Assembly: GCA_037447605.1 (NCBI GenBank)
Contig: CM074811.1
Location: 3,286,001 to 3,350,000, forward strand
Reading direction: 5' to 3'
From: Zygnema circumcarinatum SAG 698-1b
Taxonomy: Eukaryota > Plantae > Zygnematophyceae
Length of the DNA stretch: 64,000 nucleotides
This document shows, in pieces, positions 40,269-64,000 of this stretch. The notes under the pieces are model-generated. The model worked only from the letters and a program-made list of their open reading frames with translations. It had not been told where the DNA came from and searched no databases. Each line of letters opens with the position of its first letter. The stretch's first letter is position 1. Position numbers and translations under genes: made by a program.

Positions 40269-41415
40269 AACCTCTCGCAGGGGAAGACAGTGGGACCCCA
40301 TTGAACCAGATAATGATAAAGTACTCTAAAAGTATAGCAGAGTTATGCTTTAACTCTAACTCCAACTCTAGTTTAACTCTTAATCTAAATGACAAAAGGA
40401 AGTCTAATAGAGTTTTCTATGAGCATGGGATTGGCATTGATCTCACGATGGCTATGCCACCGTATATACAGCGACAAGCAACAGGATGGGAAACCACGGG
40501 GAACTGCTCACTGACCTAAGGACGAAGTGAGGGAATACTTCCTCTCACCCTCGACAATTAGAACGGCAACCTGTTCCGCCAATCACGGGTTGCCACGTGT
40601 GCACAGTTGCTGACGTTGCAAGCTCTGATTGGCAGTCTAGGGAGAGGGTGCTTAAGGGAGTCTTGCCCCTTGTGTCGGTGGTCAACAGCGGTCAAGAGGG
40701 ACCTGGCCTGCCACGTGGAATGAGATGGCATCCACGTGGCAGACGCTGTGGCTGACGCGTACACGTTCTTGAACTTCATGCCGTTGACAGATACGGGCAG
40801 TCGAAAATAAGTTTTTGAAGAACCCGTGGGCGGGGGCAAAGCGAAAATAAGCTCAAAAACTATTTTGAGCTGCTCGAAATGTTGGCTGGGCCTAGAAAAG
40901 AAAGTAGACGAACCGGTTTCCTTCCTACGGTACTTTAGCCCTAATTGCTCAAAAACTTGAAAATTGATTTCGGGCAGGGTCAAGCCTTCCAGCTGAGCTG
41001 CCCAGAAACAAGAAATAGTAAAATATTGCATAAATATACCTCAAACTTTCCCCAAAAAAAAGGTGACAAAAAAATATATTTTCGTGCGCTGGACGCTGAG
41101 CGGCGCTGAGCTGCGCGTGACGTGGCGTGACGTGACATTGCAGTACTTGAAAATGTCACACGACGTCACCTGCCCTGGCGTCAACGTAGGGGGCGGCCAG
41201 TGGTAGGGAAGGAAACGGACGGGGGAGAGGGAGGGAAAGGGCGAGGGAGAGGAGGGAGAGGAGAGAGAGGGAGGGAGAGGGAGGGAGAGGGAGGGAGAGG
41301 GAGGGAGAGGGAAAGGGGGAGGGAGGGGGAGGGAGAGGGAGGGGGGGAGAGGAGGGAGAGGGAGAGGGAGAGGGAGAGGGAGAGGGAGAGGGAGAGGAAG
41401 AGGGAGAGGGAAGCC

Positions 41416-53906
<12,491 letters not shown>

Positions 53907-54702
53907 TTTTTTCCCGTATTTTTTTCCATTCAACGGCGAACGGAGTGTGAAGGTGAAGAGAAGCTGTTGAAGTAAAATGGCTTTTTGTATAAACTGCAAA
54001 CTCTTCCCGCAGTCTCATTTTTGTAAGGCGCGTCAGTTTTGTATAGAGGGAGAGAGAGAGGCTCCGGCATTGCATGTTAAATTTTGTTCTCAACATCAAT
54101 TTTGAACGTTACGAGACTCCGGCTCCAAACTGTAAGTAGGAGAGGCATTAGGGTTTGAAGTTTTCTATTGGAGCGAGAAATTGGGTTTGCAGGGTCTCAT
54201 TTGGAAGTTCCTTTCTTTCAGTGCACAAAAAAACTTGATCGGAACTAGTCCTACAATTTTGATTTGACTTTACTTAAGCGGACATTGTGTAAATTGAGTG
54301 AAATTTCAAGTTTTCACAGGACGGATTCCACTGAGTTAACGCGTTCCCTCATTTTCGCTCACATTTCCTCTCTCTCCCTGTCTCTCTCTTTTCCCCTCAT
54401 TACGGCCCAGCGTTGCTTCTGAGTCTACCTGGCACCGATGTAAGGTCAGGATCTACATGCGAAGTCAAGTCTCACTCATTGGCTCTCAACGTTAAGGCCG
54501 TGCCCTTCATTGCCAGAAAGTGGGAGCTGGCAGTCGAACAAAAACGTCACGTTCATTTCTTTACTGTTTTTCTGATTTTACATGGGTTCTAGAGAGAATA
54601 AGTTTACCAACATTTCAAGTATATCCATTTGGATCACCACATGTTCTGTTCACGTTTTTATTCATGTATTCACCTTCTCCCACTCCCTCTCCCTCTCTCT
54701 CC

Positions 54703-63327
<8,625 letters not shown>

Positions 63328-64000
63328 GGATGCCCGAGAGAGGGAGAGGGAGAGGGAGAGAGGGAGAGGGAGCGGGAGAGGGAAAGTGAGAGGGAGCGTC
63401 TGCAAGAGTCCGGAGTGGTAGGGCTCTCTGCTGACAAAATGATGACGCTACTGTGACACGTGGCACACAGTGATTGGTTTTACTATACTTGTTTTGTACA
63501 GCTTTCGTACAATGTTGGTACAGAATTTGACCGTTGGCACACCTTTCAGAACCGACCGTACAGGGTAAGACCGGGACCTGTGCTCCTATTACGACCTCCG
63601 GCAATCCATTAGCCAATGGATACAGAACACGTGTAAACAATTTTACACGTGGTCAATATCCATTAGTGAATGCTCAAATACGGTGCGCGTTAAGTGAGCG
63701 GATGTGCGCGAAGTGGAAGGCATCTGGAGAGAATCTCTTGGGCTTCTCGTGGCGGTTCCGTTCCCATGTCGGTCGGCATTCACCGACCGTACAGATGCAT
63801 GAAACGCACGCTAGTTGTAACTGCGACAAGATGCCCATTAACTTCCATGGGGCATCGAGTTTTCCTCCGTCACTGCATGGAACGCTGTCACAGTAAAGCG
63901 GTAACATAACTGTATCGACAAATGTATGCAGCGCTTTAATTTACTGGCATGTGGATAGTGAGCATGGAATAGTTTCACAGTTCGGACCAGTGGATCGGCA

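Overview
Eukaryotic, intron-rich nuclear DNA from a draft assembly with many 10-N gaps. Plant-type TTTAGGG repeats, GT-AG introns, plant-like ThrRS, PDH-E2 and ERMP1 sequences and an XRI1-like gene point to a streptophyte, probably a charophyte alga (inference). Most long entries in the ORF track are translations of GA/CT microsatellites, so I rebuilt genes by hand from splice sites and codon phase. Genes in order: (1) 3' part of threonyl-tRNA synthetase (+); (2) an 8-exon secreted protein of about 1377 aa with a propeller-like head, Ser-Pro(n) extensin stalks and six PAN/Apple-like modules (+); (3) mitochondrial pyruvate dehydrogenase E2 (-); (4) an 8-exon XRI1-like gene (-); (5) a 10-exon class A beta-lactamase-fold gene with intact SxxK, SDN and KTG motifs (-), the most unusual item; (6) a possible 3-exon orphan gene (+); (7) a glutamate dehydrogenase with an antenna-like insert that land-plant GDH1-3 lack (+); (8) an ERMP1-like M28 metallopeptidase with a duplicated 48-nt mini-exon (-). 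Also present: a 561-bp MITE, a 79-bp higher-order telomere-like array, large microsatellites and four gap-flanking near-identical duplications that look like assembly artefacts. Family assignments come from recalled motifs, not database searches.
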